DNA from: Dehalococcoidia bacterium
GTDB taxonomy: Bacteria > Chloroflexota > Dehalococcoidia > Lucifugimonadales > SAR202-VII-2
Assembly: GCA_965263165.1 (NCBI GenBank)
Contig: OZ253584.1
Location: 1,013,785-1,077,784, forward strand
Reading direction: 5' to 3'
DNA length: 64,000 nucleotides
A program made the position numbers and the translations under genes. Below, piece by piece: positions 18,355 to 28,866 of the stretch. Position 1 is the stretch's first letter; each line of letters opens with the position of its first letter. Under the pieces are notes generated by a model. That model was not told the DNA's origin. It searched no databases and saw only the letters and a program-made list of their open reading frames with translations.

Positions 18355-20151
18355 CTAGGAGGAGCGGAAGTTGTCAACGGCGGCACCGGTGGGAACGGCC
18401 TCCGTGTCCCCGCTGCGAAGCCGCCGGCGGCGCTCCGCCGTAGCTTCGCGGTCCACCCCCAGAGCGTCCTCATCGAGGACAACGCCGTAGTCCCGGAAGG
18501 CGCTCTCCGGCGATACGTATTCGTCCAGGACGTCCTCCAGAACGAGGCCGGGGTCTCTTTCGAGGGGATTCCCCCAACCGCCACCGCCGCCCCGTTCGGT
18601 GTTAATGCCGTCCCCGTTGCCCAGATATTGCTCTACCGGCTGTCCCGCCGGCAGGGTCCTGTCCGGTCCGTCAGCGTAGAGGAACGAAAGACTGTTGGGC
18701 GCTCCTGGACGGCCGCCACAGAGGCCGGGCGTGGGGTTGGCCCCGCCCAGGACAAGGGCGTTTCCCCTGGTGGTGTGGCCAACGGACCGCACGACGGTGC
18801 GTATGCCGCAGCCGCCTCGCCACCGGCCCGGGCCAGCGGAGTCCTGGATGAACTCCCTGGACTCCACGTGGGCCGGGTACTGAAACTCGAACATTTCAGG
18901 GGTGGTGAAGGGCATGCCGCCCCTGATGTTCGAGCCGCCGCCCCAGCCGTCGAGCCCGTGCGTACCTCCAGGCCCGCCGTGCAGGGCGATGAAGTTCATG
19001 GCCTGATACGGCTTACCGTCCCGCGGGTCTGATCCCGTCAGGGTGTAGAAGACCCGCGTATCCCAAGGAGAGCCGACTGCCTCCGGAATTATCTGGGCCA
19101 AAGCGAGGGTCACAGCCTGAGCGACCTCGGCGCCGGGGTGCAGGGTGCAGACCCCTGTGGGAGCGCCGTCGCGAGGGTTGACGACGCTGCCCTCCGGCAT
19201 GATGAGGTCCACCACCCGGAAGAGGCCATCGTTCTTGGGCACGGACTCGTCGAGGGCGCTGGACAGGGCCAGGAAGATGTAGCCCAGGGTGTTCCCCAGT
19301 CCGCTGTTGGCGAAGCCTGGGGTCTCCCCGTCCGTTTCGCTGAAGTCGATGGTGAGGTGGCCGCCATCCACGGTCATACGCGCGTGGATCTTGATGTCGC
19401 GGGCGTCGTAGCCATCGGAGTCCATGTAGGCGGCGCCCTCGTAGACACCGTCGGGCCATCGCTGAACATCCGCTCTGAACAGGCGCTCGGCATAATCCAT
19501 CGAGTATTCAACGGCTTCAACCACGGCCCCTGCCCCGTATCGGCCTATGAGGCTGGCGACGCGGGCTTCTCCCACCCGGCAGGCGGCGAGCATGGCGTTC
19601 GTGTCCCCGACGGTCCAGTTCTTGAACCGGCAATTCCGCAGGAGCCATTCCATACGGTCGGGCAGGGGCTGGCCGTTTGCGTGCAGCCTGAGGGGCGGAT
19701 ACCGCAGGCCCTCCTCCATGATGTCGGTGGCCTCGAGGTAGATCCCGCTGATGCCCGCTCCGCCACCCGTGGCGTCGGAGAGGTGGGCGCGGGCCCCGAT
19801 GAGAAACAACAGTTCGCCGTCATGGAATACCGGCGTGGCCAGCGTGGTGTCGCCGAGATGGGAGCCGCCGCTATACGGGTCGTTGTTGATGAAGACGTCG
19901 CCGGGGTGAAGGTCGCCGGGGTACGCCTCAAGTATGGCCTGCACCGTGTACTTGGTGGCGGCCATGAGCGTTGGAGCGCCCAGGCCCTGAGTGACGAGTT
20001 GCCCGCGGCTGTCCAGGATCACCGTGGCGAAGTCGCGGCATTCATTCACCGTGGGGGAACGGCTGGTCCGTTCGATGGCCAGCGTCATCTCCGTGGCGAT
20101 GGTCGTCAGGGCGTTGCGGATGATTTCGAGCGTTATCGCGTCTGAGCCCAA
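18355..20151 (-). CDS. Hydantoinase B/oxoprolinase family subunit (start approximate, TTG)
   Basis: DAITLEIIRNAL, NNDPYSGGSHLGD, HLSDATGG, SAGPGRWRGGCG, GGGGGWGNPLER. Confidence 0.9.
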   Translation of the reverse strand: MGSDAITLEIIRNALTTIATEMTLAIERTSRSPTVNECRDFATVILDSRGQLVTQGLGAPTLMAATKYTVQAILEAYPGDLHPGDVFINNDPYSGGSHLGDTTLATPVFHDGELLFLIGARAHLSDATGGGAGISGIYLEATDIMEEGLRYPPLRLHANGQPLPDRMEWLLRNCRFKNWTVGDTNAMLAACRVGEARVASLIGRYGAGAVVEAVEYSMDYAERLFRADVQRWPDGVYEGAAYMDSDGYDARDIKIHARMTVDGGHLTIDFSETDGETPGFANSGLGNTLGYIFLALSSALDESVPKNDGLFRVVDLIMPEGSVVNPRDGAPTGVCTLHPGAEVAQAVTLALAQIIPEAVGSPWDTRVFYTLTGSDPRDGKPYQAMNFIALHGGPGGTHGLDGWGGGSNIRGGMPFTTPEMFEFQYPAHVESREFIQDSAGPGRWRGGCGIRTVVRSVGHTTRGNALVLGGANPTPGLCGGRPGAPNSLSFLYADGPDRTLPAGQPVEQYLGNGDGINTERGGGGGWGNPLERDPGLVLEDVLDEYVSPESAFRDYGVVLDEDALGVDREATAERRRRLRSGDTEAVPTGAAVDNFRSS

Positions 20152-20188
20152 AGGAGCACCCTTCCTTGCGCCTAGCTTCCGTTCGCGC

Positions 20189-21895
20189 CTAGCTTCCGTT
20201 CTTGCCGTTGTGAGCCTCATACCAGGAGTTGCGGAGGACGCGCCCCGGCCGGGCGGAGGTCGGCTCTCCGTTCTCGGCAATGACCTGGCCGTTGACGATG
20301 GTGCACTGCACCCCCGTTGAGCGCTGGATCATTCGCGTGGCGCCGCCGGGATAGTCGTTGGCGTACTCGGGCTCCAGGGCGCCGATGGTGTCGGGATCGA
20401 AGAGGGTCAGGTCGGCGAACCAGCCCGGCCGGATGAGTCCCCGGTCCTTGAGTCCGAAGATGTTGGCCACCATGAAGGACAGCTTGTTGACCGCGGCCTC
20501 CAGGGTCATGAGCTTCCGCTTCCGCACCCACTCGGCGAGGAGGAAGGTGCAGTAGCCGAAGGATGCGTCGAAGGCTACGTGCGCCCCGGCATCCGACACG
20601 CCAATGAGGACGTAGGGGCTGCGAAGAATTTCGCCCACCGCCGCGTCGTCTCCGTGGCTGACGTTACGCTGGAACTGGGTCTCGAACTCCTCCTCCAGGA
20701 CGAGGTCCAGGAAGGCGTCCAGCGCGTCCTTGCCCTGCTCGCGGGCCATCTCCGCCACGGTCTTGCCCTTGAGGTGTTGGTTCTTGGGCAGAACCGGGCC
20801 GATGATGTCGAAGAGATCGAACCAAGTGGGAGCGTTGGGGTCCCAGGGGATCTCATTGAAGGCATCCCGCAGCCTGTCCCGGCCCTCCGTTGTGGAGAAC
20901 GCCTCGATGCGTTGCTCCACGGGCTGACGCATGAGCTCGCGCCAGGTGGGGGACTCGTCGAAGGACTGGGCGTTGCGCATGGTGAAACGCCGCACAAGGG
21001 GGTTGGCGTTGGTCAGTCCGAAGGGGCGTATCCCGGTGGCGAAGACCTCCTCCAACTTGTCCAGCTGCTCGCGCCACTGGGTGGGGGCGCTCCACCTGTG
21101 CAGGACGACCTGCCACAGGACCGGCCTGTTGGAGGCCTGGGCGATCCGGCCGTACCAGTCGATGTCCTCGATGGTGGGGTTGCCGCGGATGGCCTCGATG
21201 ACGCCGGTGTTGAATTCCCCGACCGTTCCCGCCAGGGCGAAGACCTCTTCGTCCGTGGCCAGCCGGCTGGCCACGGGCCTGCCGTCCAGCCGCATGTGGC
21301 GGGGGTTCTGGTTGGTGGTGAAGCCGATTGCGCCGGAGCGAAAGGCGTCGCGCACCACGTCTTGCATGGCGGCGATCTCCTCGGGCGTGGCCTGGCGCTC
21401 GGAGGAGTCCTCGCCCATGACGTACTGGCGCACGGCGCAGTGGCCCACATGGGACGCCACGTTAACGCCCAGGTTCTTGTCCAGGTTGTCCAGGTAGTCG
21501 CCGACGCTGCCCCACTTCCAGTCCACGGCGGATTCCAGGACCTCGCGGGGAATCGCTTCCACACGGGACAGGCTGCTCACCAGGGCCGGCCGGTCCTCCG
21601 GCTTGCAGGGCATCAGGCTGAGGCCGCAGTTGCCGGTGATGACACTGGTGACTCCGTGGAAGGGGGACGACGTGGCGAGAGGGTCCCAGAGAAGTTGCGC
21701 GTCCATGTGCGTGTGGTGGTCAATGAAGCCAGGCGACAGAACTAGGCCGCCGGCGTTGATCACCCGCTTCGCCCCGTTCCGCACCCGGCCCACCTCAGCG
21801 ATACGGCCGTCCTGAACGGCCACGTCGCCGGAAAAGGCGGGCAAGCCCGAGCCGTCTATCACCTTTGCGTCCTGAATCACCAGGTCGTATTCCAT
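20189..21895 (-). CDS. N-acyl-D-amino-acid deacylase-like amidohydrolase
   Basis: MEYDLVIQDAKVIDGSG, PGFIDHHTHMD, GNCG, SDAGAH, GWFADLTLFDP. Confidence 0.9.
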   Translation of the reverse strand: MEYDLVIQDAKVIDGSGLPAFSGDVAVQDGRIAEVGRVRNGAKRVINAGGLVLSPGFIDHHTHMDAQLLWDPLATSSPFHGVTSVITGNCGLSLMPCKPEDRPALVSSLSRVEAIPREVLESAVDWKWGSVGDYLDNLDKNLGVNVASHVGHCAVRQYVMGEDSSERQATPEEIAAMQDVVRDAFRSGAIGFTTNQNPRHMRLDGRPVASRLATDEEVFALAGTVGEFNTGVIEAIRGNPTIEDIDWYGRIAQASNRPVLWQVVLHRWSAPTQWREQLDKLEEVFATGIRPFGLTNANPLVRRFTMRNAQSFDESPTWRELMRQPVEQRIEAFSTTEGRDRLRDAFNEIPWDPNAPTWFDLFDIIGPVLPKNQHLKGKTVAEMAREQGKDALDAFLDLVLEEEFETQFQRNVSHGDDAAVGEILRSPYVLIGVSDAGAHVAFDASFGYCTFLLAEWVRKRKLMTLEAAVNKLSFMVANIFGLKDRGLIRPGWFADLTLFDPDTIGALEPEYANDYPGGATRMIQRSTGVQCTIVNGQVIAENGEPTSARPGRVLRNSWYEAHNGKNGS

Positions 21896-21971
21896 CACCG
21901 CCTCCTTTGCTCCCTGTCCAACAGGGGCATTCCCGTTCTGCAAGAGCACTTCACATCAGCGATTCCCTATT

Positions 21972-23639
21972 CTACTCTCGTTTGCCATAGGCGCGCTCCG
22001 CCCCCGCCGGCGTGAGCAAGCCGTCCTCTATGTCATCCCGCACCAGGGATGACTCGCGGAGGCCGGGATCCCCGTAGCCGCCGCCACCGCCGTACACGAC
22101 GCTGAGACGCTCGCCGCCGCTCATCATAACCCGGTGGGCGACCTCGCCGACGCCCAGGAAGCGTTCCTCCGGGGCGCCCGCCTCAATGACGATGGCATTC
22201 CCCACGCCAGGCTTGCCTCCGTTGGCGCCGGACGCCGCGTTGATGCTTCCTTCGCCAAAGGCCGACAGGAGCAACCGATAGGAGGGCAGCCGGAAGACCT
22301 GCCTGAAGGCCGGTCCGCCGCGCTGCCTGCCCGCGCCGCAGGAGTCGGCGACAAACTCGCGTGACTCCACGGACAGTCCAACCTGGCTCTCCAGGATTTC
22401 GACAGAGGGAGCTTCCGCTCTGAGGAGGGCGGGCGATGGATGGCCGTCGGCGGAGAGGCTTGCGGCCTGCCAGCCCAGGATCGGATTGATGGCGTAGGCA
22501 TTGCCGCGCTTTCCTTCCACGCCCCCCAGTACAACGTACGGGTCCACGGGAAAGCTTTGTTGGACCAGACCGGGCGCCGCCTTGTTAACGGCATCAGCAA
22601 CTGCCTCGGCGATGCGGGGGCCCGTATACCACGTGCACAGGCTGGTGCAGGCGGGGTCGGCGGGGTTCACGATGCTGCCCTCCGGCAGGGTGCAGCGGAC
22701 GCGTTGGAGGATGCCCTCGTTGAGGGCTGCGCCCTCCGGCAGCAGCGACAGTAGGGGAAGCAGCGCAAAAGATGCCGTGTTGGCCTCCGGGCTGTTGAGG
22801 GGCCCGGTTACCTTTGGACTGGCGCCGGTGAAGTCCAAGTGGACGCCCTCCGGCCCAGCTTCCAGCGTCACTGCGATTTCCACGTTCTCTGCCCTGTTGT
22901 AGTCGGAGTCCAGCCGGGCCGAACCCCGATAGCTTCCGGGAGGGATGGATTCAAGGGCCGCCCGCATGGCCCGGCCGCTTCGCTCAATGGCGAGGCTGGA
23001 CGCCGCTTCGAGAAGCGCCGGGCCGCGCTGCTCGGCGAGCGCCTGAAGGCGCGCCCTGCCGTGACGGGTGGCGGCGACGATGGCCTTGATATCGCTCTCG
23101 TAGATGCGGGGTGTTCTGCTGTTGGCGGTGAGTCGCCGCAGGACATCGGGAAAGACGACGCCATCCCGAGCGACCTGAACGCCGGGAATGATGTCGCCCT
23201 CCTGATAGACCTCCCATGCTAGGGGGTAGACGCCGCTCAGCCCTGCACCCCCAACGTCGGTGAACCGGGCGCGCCCCACGGCCGCCCAGCGCGGCGCCTC
23301 TCTTTCGCACACCAACGTGGCGAAGGTTATGTCCGGAAGCGCGCCGCCCCCCTTGTAGGGGTCGTTAATCAGGACGGTGTCGCCGTCGTTGAGGCCGCCG
23401 GAAGCGAAGACGGCCAGCCCTTCAAGCGTCTGTGTTTTGAGTGGGACAAGGTGGGCGGGGTGGTGAACGTCGGCGGCAACCAGACGTCCTCCGTTCCTCA
23501 GGTCGACTAGGCCCATGGCGAAGTCCGCGAACCCTGATCGCGCCGCCGATTCCGCGCCGCGCCGGTAGACGGCCGTCATCTCGGCGGTTACGGCCCGGAG
23601 GCGGTTGACGAGTATTTGCATAGAGACGGGGTCTGCCAT
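21972..23639 (-). CDS. Divergent hydantoinase B-like subunit lacking the metal-binding histidines
   Basis: B-family scaffold (NDPYKGG, SCGAGRQRGGP, GGGGGYGDP), but GGGALPD and ARFTDVGG where paralogs have GGxH..D and H..D.GG. Confidence 0.85.
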   Translation of the reverse strand: MADPVSMQILVNRLRAVTAEMTAVYRRGAESAARSGFADFAMGLVDLRNGGRLVAADVHHPAHLVPLKTQTLEGLAVFASGGLNDGDTVLINDPYKGGGALPDITFATLVCEREAPRWAAVGRARFTDVGGAGLSGVYPLAWEVYQEGDIIPGVQVARDGVVFPDVLRRLTANSRTPRIYESDIKAIVAATRHGRARLQALAEQRGPALLEAASSLAIERSGRAMRAALESIPPGSYRGSARLDSDYNRAENVEIAVTLEAGPEGVHLDFTGASPKVTGPLNSPEANTASFALLPLLSLLPEGAALNEGILQRVRCTLPEGSIVNPADPACTSLCTWYTGPRIAEAVADAVNKAAPGLVQQSFPVDPYVVLGGVEGKRGNAYAINPILGWQAASLSADGHPSPALLRAEAPSVEILESQVGLSVESREFVADSCGAGRQRGGPAFRQVFRLPSYRLLLSAFGEGSINAASGANGGKPGVGNAIVIEAGAPEERFLGVGEVAHRVMMSGGERLSVVYGGGGGYGDPGLRESSLVRDDIEDGLLTPAGAERAYGKRE

Positions 23640-23642
23640 GCG

Positions 23643-25727
23643 CTAGCTTCTCCGCCCGGCCTTGTGAGACGTTTCAATGATGACGCTGCTGTAGCGGTCA
23701 ACGTATGCTCTCTGGCCGGGATAGACGACGATGGTCGTGGTGGGGTACTCGGCGATGCAGGGGCCGGCCAACTCGTTGCCCGGCCGGAGCGACGGGCCGT
23801 CGTAGATCGGCAGGTCGGAAAAGCCCTGCTGGGCATCGAGACATACGGGCCGAGGTTCCTTGAGGGCCGCCGACGCATCGGGTCCGGCGAGGGGGCGCTC
23901 AGGGAGACCGGGTTTCTCGACGAGTCCCACCACGTCAACCTGGAGATTGACAACCTCCACGCCGGAGGCCAGGTCCCTGTAGGAGTAGAGCTGCTCGTGG
24001 AGGGTGTGGAAATCCTCCACCGCCTGTTCAAGGTCGGCGGCCGTAAGGCCTGAGTCCCGCGGTGTCAGGGGGACAGTGATTTCGTGGACCTCGCCGTGGT
24101 ATCGGAGGTCGGCAAAGCGGTCAACGCGCACGCCCAGCAGGTTCTCCTGGGGCAGCATGGCGTGGGCGGCCGCCGCCATCTCATCGAGGAGCCGGCCCAT
24201 TTCTACCGGGTCTATGCCGGCCAGAGCGCCCTGGAAGGTTCTGACCTCGGTGAACTTGAGGTCGGCCATCAGGTCGCCAAAGCCGCAAAAGACGGGGGCG
24301 ATCTCCGGTACGGTCACCGTGGGGATGCCGAGGTCCTCGGCCTGAAGGCCCGCATGAATGGCGGCGGCGCCGCCGAACGCCATGAGCGAGAAGTCCCGCG
24401 GGTCGTAGCCCCGCTGCACGGAAACCACTCGGATCCCGTCCGACATGTTGGCGTTGACGATGCGGAAGATGGCATGGGCGGCTTCAGTTACGCTCATGCC
24501 TAGCGGGTCACCTACGTACTCCCTGATGGCCCGTTCCGCCAGCGAAGGGTCCACGGAGAACTCGCCGGCGGCGAAGTTGTCTGGATTCAGCAGGCCCAGG
24601 ACCAAGTTGGCGTCGGTCACCGTTGGCTCGACGCCGCCCCGGCCGTAGCAGGCGGGACCGGGATTCGAGGAGGCGCTGCGCGGGCCAACCCGGAGCGCTC
24701 CCGCCTTGTCCACCCACCCAATGCTGCCCCCGCCGGCGCCGATGGAGTAGATCTCGATTCGGGGAACGGCAACGCGATACCGCTCCTCCCAGGTGTCGGT
24801 GGTCATTGTGGGCTTGGCCCGGTGAATCAGGCAGACGTCGTAGCTTGTGCCGCCCATGTCCGCGGTGATGATGTTGGGTTGGTCCATGCGCTCGGACAGG
24901 CTCAGTGCCCCGGTAACCCCCGCTGCTGGCCCGGAATGGAGGTAGTACACGGAGCGGCGGCGGGCATCTTCCACCGTGGCAACGCCGCCACTGGACTTCA
25001 TGAGGTAGAGATTGCGGCGGTAGCCCATCTCCGAGAGGCGGTCCCGCAGCGCGCCGAGGTAGCGGGACAGCCTGGGGCCGATGTAGCCGTTGACAGCCGT
25101 CGTGGAGACGCGTTCGAAGTCGCGTATCTGGGCCAAGACCTCGGAGGATAGGGATATGTAACAGTCAGGGAACTCCTGTTGGATCAAGCGCTTGACCGCC
25201 TGCTCGTGGGAGTCATTGAGGAATGAAAAGAGGAAGCACACGCCTATGGACTCCACGCCCTGGTCCCTGAGGCGCCGGATGGCTTGAACGGCTTCCTCCT
25301 CGTCCAGCGGGGTGATTTCCTCTCCCAGGTAGTTGAGGCGCTCCGTAACGCCCAACCTCCGCCGCCGGGGCACGATGGGGAAGGGCGGCTCCAGCTTGAC
25401 GTTGAACATGCTCTCTTTGATGCCGCGGCGGATCTCGATCTCGTCGCGGAAGCCCTTGGTCACCAGCAAGCCCAGGTTGGCGCCCACGTGTTGGATCATG
25501 GCGTTGGTTGCCACCGTCGTGCCCAGCACGATGACCTCGGTGTCCGCCAGAAAGCGTTGCAGTGGTAGCTGGAAATTGTCCGCGGCCTTTGTCAGGGCGG
25601 TGAGAACCGCCCTGCTTTCGTCTCCGGGGGTCGAGAGGGTCTTGGTGGTGTACAGATCCTGACCCTCGGCAGCCACAACCAAATCGGTGAAGGTGCCGCC
25701 GACGTCAACGCCGACTCTGAATTGCAT
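23643..25727 (-). CDS. Hydantoinase A/oxoprolinase family ATP-binding subunit
   Basis: VGVDVGGTFTD, GTTVATNAM, SGPAAG, DMGGTSYDV, SIGAGGGS, GPRSASSNPGPACYG, FGGAAA. Confidence 0.94.
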   Translation of the reverse strand: MQFRVGVDVGGTFTDLVVAAEGQDLYTTKTLSTPGDESRAVLTALTKAADNFQLPLQRFLADTEVIVLGTTVATNAMIQHVGANLGLLVTKGFRDEIEIRRGIKESMFNVKLEPPFPIVPRRRRLGVTERLNYLGEEITPLDEEEAVQAIRRLRDQGVESIGVCFLFSFLNDSHEQAVKRLIQQEFPDCYISLSSEVLAQIRDFERVSTTAVNGYIGPRLSRYLGALRDRLSEMGYRRNLYLMKSSGGVATVEDARRRSVYYLHSGPAAGVTGALSLSERMDQPNIITADMGGTSYDVCLIHRAKPTMTTDTWEERYRVAVPRIEIYSIGAGGGSIGWVDKAGALRVGPRSASSNPGPACYGRGGVEPTVTDANLVLGLLNPDNFAAGEFSVDPSLAERAIREYVGDPLGMSVTEAAHAIFRIVNANMSDGIRVVSVQRGYDPRDFSLMAFGGAAAIHAGLQAEDLGIPTVTVPEIAPVFCGFGDLMADLKFTEVRTFQGALAGIDPVEMGRLLDEMAAAAHAMLPQENLLGVRVDRFADLRYHGEVHEITVPLTPRDSGLTAADLEQAVEDFHTLHEQLYSYRDLASGVEVVNLQVDVVGLVEKPGLPERPLAGPDASAALKEPRPVCLDAQQGFSDLPIYDGPSLRPGNELAGPCIAEYPTTTIVVYPGQRAYVDRYSSVIIETSHKAGRRS

Positions 25728-25778
25728 AGGTCTGCCTTTGAACCAGGTTGATGGGGGACGAGGCGTCTCCGGGGGGCG

Positions 25779-26894
25779 CTACGGGTCGAAGTGGAAGATA
25801 CGGGCCGTGTTCAGCGCGGCAATCTTCGCCTTCTCATCCTCCGGAACATCCTTCAGTATCTCATCCACGATCTGCCGCGAGCGGGGGAACGTGGACTCGG
25901 CGTGGGGATAATCAGACCCCCAGCACAGGTTGTCCACCCCGATGTACTCCCGCATCCTCATGCCGATGGCGTCTTCCTGGAAGCTGATGAAGCAGTTGCG
26001 GCGCCAGAAGTCGCTGGGAACGGCGCCGTCCTGGAACTGGTAGCCCTTCCTGCCGGAGGGGCGCTCCCGGTAGTAGTAGTCCATGCGCTCGATGAAGAAG
26101 GGCGCCCAGGCCACCTCGAACTCCACGGATCCTGCGCGAATCTTCGGGAACCGTTCGAACACGCCGGCGAACATCATGGCGCTCAATCCCCGGCGCATGC
26201 CGATCTCCTTGTTGACCATGGACACCGGGTCCATGTTGATGCCCACCACGTCCACCGGCGCCTTGGAGCGGGCGCATCCGGTGTGGAAGTTGATGCTCAT
26301 GTCCAGGTCTTGGAACGCAGCCCACAGGGGATCGTACATCGGGTCGCCGAGGGGGACATCCAAGGGCAGCGCTGCAATCATGGCGCCCACCATGCCGAGG
26401 TTGGCGCAGCGCTGGAGCTCGGCGACGCCTTCCTGAACGTCATCTATATTGACCAGCGCTATGGCCTTGAGGCGCTTGGGATGAGCGGCGGCGAACTCCG
26501 CCACGTAGTCGTTGTAGCCGCGCATGCACGCCGTCACAAGGTCGCTGTCCGGCACGGCAAAGAGGGACAGGGCAACGGACGGGTAGAGCACTCCGCCTTC
26601 CACGCCGTCCACGTCCATGTCGGACACCTGAGCGTCGGGGTCGAGGCCGCGGAGATGAGGGCTGTCGTACTTGCCGACAAGCTCGATCTTGTTGGGGTCG
26701 TCAAAGCGGAGACCCGGCTGTACGTTGGACATGACGCCCAACCGGTGCTTGTCGTCCACGATCCACTCGTCGAACTCCTCCCCGACCTTGAGCACAGGCG
26801 CCCGGTCCTGGAACTTGGGGTCCACGCGTCCTTTCCACAGGCCAGCGGGCTCGGTGATGTGGTTGTCGGATGAAATCAGCCGATACTCGGTCAC
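25779..26894 (-). CDS. Amidohydrolase_2 family protein
   Basis: ISSDNHITEP, DMDVDGVEGGVLYPS, NFHTG, WGSDYPHAESTFP; GTG start with RBS GGAGG. Confidence 0.9.
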   Translation of the reverse strand: MTEYRLISSDNHITEPAGLWKGRVDPKFQDRAPVLKVGEEFDEWIVDDKHRLGVMSNVQPGLRFDDPNKIELVGKYDSPHLRGLDPDAQVSDMDVDGVEGGVLYPSVALSLFAVPDSDLVTACMRGYNDYVAEFAAAHPKRLKAIALVNIDDVQEGVAELQRCANLGMVGAMIAALPLDVPLGDPMYDPLWAAFQDLDMSINFHTGCARSKAPVDVVGINMDPVSMVNKEIGMRRGLSAMMFAGVFERFPKIRAGSVEFEVAWAPFFIERMDYYYRERPSGRKGYQFQDGAVPSDFWRRNCFISFQEDAIGMRMREYIGVDNLCWGSDYPHAESTFPRSRQIVDEILKDVPEDEKAKIAALNTARIFHFDP

Positions 26895-27096
26895 TACCCT
26901 TCCTCCTTAATGCGCCTTCCCCTTAGATCCCTGCTTTCTGAACCCAGCATTACGTTGACGGCGCCGTGTGGCGGCCATTGCGTTTTGTAAGGCATAGCGG
27001 GACGACTGTCAAGGGACGATCGCCGTATGTCGTCCTCGTATGGGGCGATGAGCTGCGATAATCGCAATGCACCCGTCGACGCCGTGGCGGAGGCAG

Positions 27097-28842
27097 CTAG
27101 CCCGTTTGGCCGTCTGGGCGCGAGGCCCCTGCCGCCGCCGGCTTCCGGGGTTCGGCCAAGGCCGCGACGACCTTTTCCTCGGGCAGGCCGTAGACGTCCC
27201 TGGCGGCTTCCGGGGTGACGTAGCCATCCATGATGTCCTGCGCCACCCGGTCGGGGTCGCGTTCTCTAGGATTTCCGATGCCGCCCCCGCTGCCGGTGTA
27301 CATGCGAAGAATATCGCCTTCGTTGAGCGGAACGTTGGATACGAGTTGGGAAAACCTCTGGGCGTTTTCCTGGCCGGGGTTGATCATCAGGTGTCCCACA
27401 TCGCCGTTGCCGCCGCCGGCCATGCCCCTGGGCTGCACTCGGTACCTTCCGCCCCCTCCCGAAAACCGGCTCTCGCTGAGGATGAGGTAGTCGCGGACGT
27501 ATCCGGCCCCGCCGCGGAACTTCCCAGCGCCCCCGGAGTCCTGTACGACGCTGAAGCGCTGCAGGCGGACGGGGAACTCGGACTCCACCACCTCGACGCA
27601 GGTGACCTTGGGGCCGGAGCCCCCGTGACCGCAGCCCGTCCAGCCGTCGCCGCCGCCGTAGGCCCCGCTGCCGCCCGGCATAAGCTCATAGTGCACAATG
27701 GGGCGTCCCGTGGGTCCGTAGCTGCCCAGCGTAAACAGTCCTCCGGAGCCGTGGTTGGCGCGAGGCGGTCGGCCCGATGCGTCCGAGAGAGCGGTTATGA
27801 CCATGTCTTCTATGGCGGGCAGGATGCTGGAGTAGAAACCTAGCGGCGCCGGGTAGATGGGGTCGACTACGGTTCCGGGCCGGAATTTGTAGTCGATCAC
27901 CTTGGTGACGCCGTGATTGTTGGCGGGAGGGGACTCCATCATGGCAACGATGGCGTAGAGGCAACTCCCCCGGATGATGGGGGGCCGGATGTTCAGCGGG
28001 CCGCGGTTCTGCACTGCGGACTCGGAGAAATCCAGCAGGAGGTTGGAACCTTCCTTGGTAATCTTCACGCGCAGGCGCACCGGCGTATCCAGGTCCACCA
28101 AGTCGTTGTCGAGGTAGGAATCGGCCTCGTAGATGCCGTCCTTCCACTTGGAGATCTCCGCCCGCAGGTGCTGCTCGGTCTTCCGCCCGACTTCCTCGAA
28201 CACCTCCAAGACCGTATCCCTGCCGTAGCGGTCCATCAGCTCGGTCAGTCTGCGGGCGCCGACGCTCCACATGGGGCCGGCCTGGGAGTTGTAGTCGCCG
28301 AGGAGGAGTTCGGGGGTGCGGGTGTTGGCCCAGATGAGATTCTCGGTCTCCTTGACGACCTTGTAGCGGCTCATGTACTTGACGGGGGGGACCTGCATGC
28401 CCTCGCCGAAGAGGTCGCGGGCATTGGCGGCGCGGCTTCCCGGCGAAAGGCCTCCGATGTCGCCCTTGTGGGTGATGCCGATGCCGAACGCCACGAGGTC
28501 GTCGTGGTGGAAGATGGGGACGATGGCGGCGCTGTCGAGGGAGTGGGCGCAGCCGGACTCGTAGGGGTGGTTGACGAAGAAGCAGTCGCCGTCCTCAATC
28601 TCGTCGTAGGAGTAGTACTTCAGCAGTCCCTGGATGCAATCGGGGTAGGAGCCCATGTGGATGGGGATGCCGGCGAACTGGGCGACCACGCGCCCCTCCC
28701 TGTCGACGAGGCCGCAGGAAAGGTCGTGGGTCTCGCGGATGAGGGTGGAGTAGCCGGTGCGGAAGGTGTCGATCTGCATCTCCCGGACGATGCCGTCAAG
28801 GCGGGAGCGGATGACTTCGAACAGGATGGGGTCGACGGGCAT
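27097..28842 (-). CDS. Hydantoinase B/oxoprolinase family subunit (tandem paralog 2)
   Basis: VNHPYESGCAHSLD, THKGDIGG, DSGGAGKFRGGAG, GSGGGIGNPRER. Confidence 0.92.
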   Translation of the reverse strand: MPVDPILFEVIRSRLDGIVREMQIDTFRTGYSTLIRETHDLSCGLVDREGRVVAQFAGIPIHMGSYPDCIQGLLKYYSYDEIEDGDCFFVNHPYESGCAHSLDSAAIVPIFHHDDLVAFGIGITHKGDIGGLSPGSRAANARDLFGEGMQVPPVKYMSRYKVVKETENLIWANTRTPELLLGDYNSQAGPMWSVGARRLTELMDRYGRDTVLEVFEEVGRKTEQHLRAEISKWKDGIYEADSYLDNDLVDLDTPVRLRVKITKEGSNLLLDFSESAVQNRGPLNIRPPIIRGSCLYAIVAMMESPPANNHGVTKVIDYKFRPGTVVDPIYPAPLGFYSSILPAIEDMVITALSDASGRPPRANHGSGGLFTLGSYGPTGRPIVHYELMPGGSGAYGGGDGWTGCGHGGSGPKVTCVEVVESEFPVRLQRFSVVQDSGGAGKFRGGAGYVRDYLILSESRFSGGGGRYRVQPRGMAGGGNGDVGHLMINPGQENAQRFSQLVSNVPLNEGDILRMYTGSGGGIGNPRERDPDRVAQDIMDGYVTPEAARDVYGLPEEKVVAALAEPRKPAAAGASRPDGQTG

Positions 28843-28866
28843 GAATCCTCCTCGCTGGCCTTCGCT

